Positions 62,502 to 64,000 of a stretch of 64,000 nt of DNA are shown here, in pieces. Source of the DNA: an uncultured Acidobacteriota bacterium (GTDB lineage: Bacteria > Acidobacteriota > Vicinamibacteria > Vicinamibacterales > 2-12-FULL-66-21). The notes beneath the pieces are model-generated. The model did not search any database. It was not told the DNA's origin and worked only from the letters and a program-made list of their open reading frames with translations. Where the stretch lies: NCBI GenBank assembly GCA_963776315.1, contig CAVZMJ010000007.1, positions 69,752 to 133,751 of the forward strand, in the 5' to 3' direction. The stretch's first letter is position 1. Each line of letters begins with the position of its first letter. A program made the position numbers and the translations under genes.

Positions 62502-64000
62502 ATGTCCGGCTCGCGTACGACGCTCAGCGGCAGCCACCGCGCCCCCGCCCGGGCCATGCTCAAGGCGGTGGGGTTCACCGACGACGACCTGCGGAAGCCG
62601 CTCGTCGGTGTGGCCAATACCTGGATCGAAATCGGTCCCTGCAACCTGCATCTCCGCCGTCTGGCGGCGGCGGTCAAGGAAGGCGTCCGCGCTGCCGGGG
62701 CGACGCCGATGGAGTTCAACACCGTCTCGGTGTCCGACGGCATCACGATGGGCACCGAGGGGATGCGGATGTCCCTTGTCAGCCGCGAGGTCATTGCGGA
62801 TTCGATCGAGCTCGTCGCGCGTGCCAACCAGTTCGACGCGCTCGTCATCCTCGTCGGCTGCGACAAGACGATTCCAGGCGCGGCCATGGCGCTCGCCCGG
62901 CTCGATGTCCCGGGCCTCGTCCTCTACGGCGGGTCGATTGCGCCCGGACGCTGGCAGGGCAAGGACGTCACGATTCAGGACGTCTTTGAGGCCGTCGGCG
63001 CGTTCGACTGCGGGAAGCTCGGCGCCGAGGAGTTCGCGGCGCTCGAGAACGCCGCGTGCCCGGGTGCCGGCGCGTGCGGCGGCCAGTTCACCGCCAACAC
63101 CATGGCGACGGCGTGCGAGTTCCTGGGGCTCTCGCCCTTTGGCAGCGCGACCGTTCCGGCGATGAACGCCGGCAAGGACGAGGTGTCGCGCCAGGCTGGC
63201 GCACTGGTCGTCGACTTGCTGAAGCGCGGCCTCAAGCCGCGGCAGATTCTCACGCGTGCCGCGTTCGAGAACGCCATCGCCTCGGTCGCCGCCACGGGCG
63301 GCTCGACCAACGCCGTGCTTCATCTGATGGCCATCGCCAAAGAGGCTGGCGTCCCGCTGAGTCTCGAGGATTTCGACCGCATCAGCGCGTCCGTGCCGCT
63401 CCTGGCCGACCTCAAGCCCGGCGGCCGGTTCGTCGCAACGGATCTCTACGCCGCGGGCGGCACGACCGTGGTGGCGCAGCGCCTCGCCCAGGCGGGCAGG
63501 CTGGAGCAGGCCTCCATCACTGTCACAGGCCGCACCATTGGCGAGGAGGCCTCGAAGGCCGACGAAACGCCCGGCCAGGAAGTCGTCCGGCAGCTCGACT
63601 CGCCGCTCCAGGCGTCTGGCGGGCTCGCCATCCTCCGCGGCAACCTCGCGCCGGCCGGCTGCGTCGTCAAGGCCACCAAGTCCACGCCCAGGCATCATCG
63701 CGGGCCCGCTCGAGTCTTCGACAGCGAAGAGCAGACCGCCGAAGCGCTCGCCGCCGGGAAGATCCATGCAGGCGACGTTGTCGTCATCCGATATGAAGGA
63801 CCAAAGGGCGGACCAGGGATGCGCGAGATGCTCGCCGTTACGGCCGCCATCATGGGTGCTGGGCTCGGCGAATCCGTCGCGCTCATCACCGACGGGCGTT
63901 TTTCTGGGGCGACCAGGGGCCTGATGGCCGGCCATGTTGCGCCGGAAGCCGCCTCGGGCGGCCCGATCGCCGCCGTCCGCGAGGGGGACGTCATCACGAT
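62502..64000 (+). CDS. ilvD: dihydroxy-acid dehydratase, 5' ~500 codons (runs off the right edge)
   Basis: Absent from the ORF track because there is no stop in the window. My translation from ATG 62502 is open to 64000: MSGSRTTLSGSHRAPARAMLKAVGFTDDDLRKPLVGVANTW.., ..CDKTIPG.., ..CPGAGACGGQFTANTM.., ..ITDGRFSGATRG... Confidence 0.92.
   Translation, partial: MSGSRTTLSGSHRAPARAMLKAVGFTDDDLRKPLVGVANTWIEIGPCNLHLRRLAAAVKEGVRAAGATPMEFNTVSVSDGITMGTEGMRMSLVSREVIADSIELVARANQFDALVILVGCDKTIPGAAMALARLDVPGLVLYGGSIAPGRWQGKDVTIQDVFEAVGAFDCGKLGAEEFAALENAACPGAGACGGQFTANTMATACEFLGLSPFGSATVPAMNAGKDEVSRQAGALVVDLLKRGLKPRQILTRAAFENAIASVAATGGSTNAVLHLMAIAKEAGVPLSLEDFDRISASVPLLADLKPGGRFVATDLYAAGGTTVVAQRLAQAGRLEQASITVTGRTIGEEASKADETPGQEVVRQLDSPLQASGGLAILRGNLAPAGCVVKATKSTPRHHRGPARVFDSEEQTAEALAAGKIHAGDVVVIRYEGPKGGPGMREMLAVTAAIMGAGLGESVALITDGRFSGATRGLMAGHVAPEAASGGPIAAVREGDVIT

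Overview
This is a 64-kb stretch of a visibly GC-rich bacterial chromosome. The gene content (an Oar-like TonB receptor with a carboxypeptidase-regulatory domain, an ADOP-type duplicated FtsX permease, many TPR/HEAT proteins) suggests an Acidobacteriota-like organism; that is inference only. All functional calls rest on motifs and family resemblance read by eye, with no database search.

I can support about 56 protein genes, almost all housekeeping or ordinary accessory functions:
- a partial ECF sigma factor, MGMT, an outer-membrane beta-barrel protein and an M4 protease;
- a four-gene minus-strand operon: HEAT-repeat protein, HD-GYP phosphodiesterase, small membrane protein, PafA-like phosphatase;
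- a nucleoside-salvage cluster (deoA, nupC, punA, cdd), then mtnA, tsaD, a YjbQ-family protein, NUDIX and HD hydrolases;
- a two-ATPase/two-permease ABC-2 cluster;
- a gamma-glutamylcyclotransferase, a PilZ protein, a hybrid histidine kinase and a TonB-dependent receptor;
- a LeuB-like dehydrogenase, a thiolase, folE and a cobalamin-binding-like protein;
- a 1069-aa secreted repeat protein, a YpdA-like reductase and a Lon-N domain protein;
- a ChlI-like ATPase plus vWA pair, a GDPD and an M49-like peptidase;
- the aceE-aceF-lpdA pyruvate dehydrogenase operon, a family-5 UDG, lipA and an MBL-fold hydrolase;
- two convergent vapBC-type toxin-antitoxin pairs, pheA and a partial ilvD.

I found no rRNA, tRNA, CRISPR, transposase, integrase or recognisable phage-defence genes, and I cannot point to a convincing novel protein system.

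Two signals stand out:
1. About 20 of roughly 30 intergenic spacers carry an unusual repeat. These are arrays of 7-nt units, usually arranged as inverted arms whose heptamer differs from copy to copy. Several enclose a conserved ~35-nt core (consensus roughly GCAAGATCTTCGAG..GGTC.AA.GGTTTTGC). One 270-nt copy upstream of aceE folds on paper into a multi-branched structure.
2. About 17 genes are interrupted by at least 50 frame changes. The changes are strongly clustered: for example about 10 in aceE and none in the adjacent aceF and lpdA. This looks more like locally poor consensus than real decay, but it needs read-level checking.
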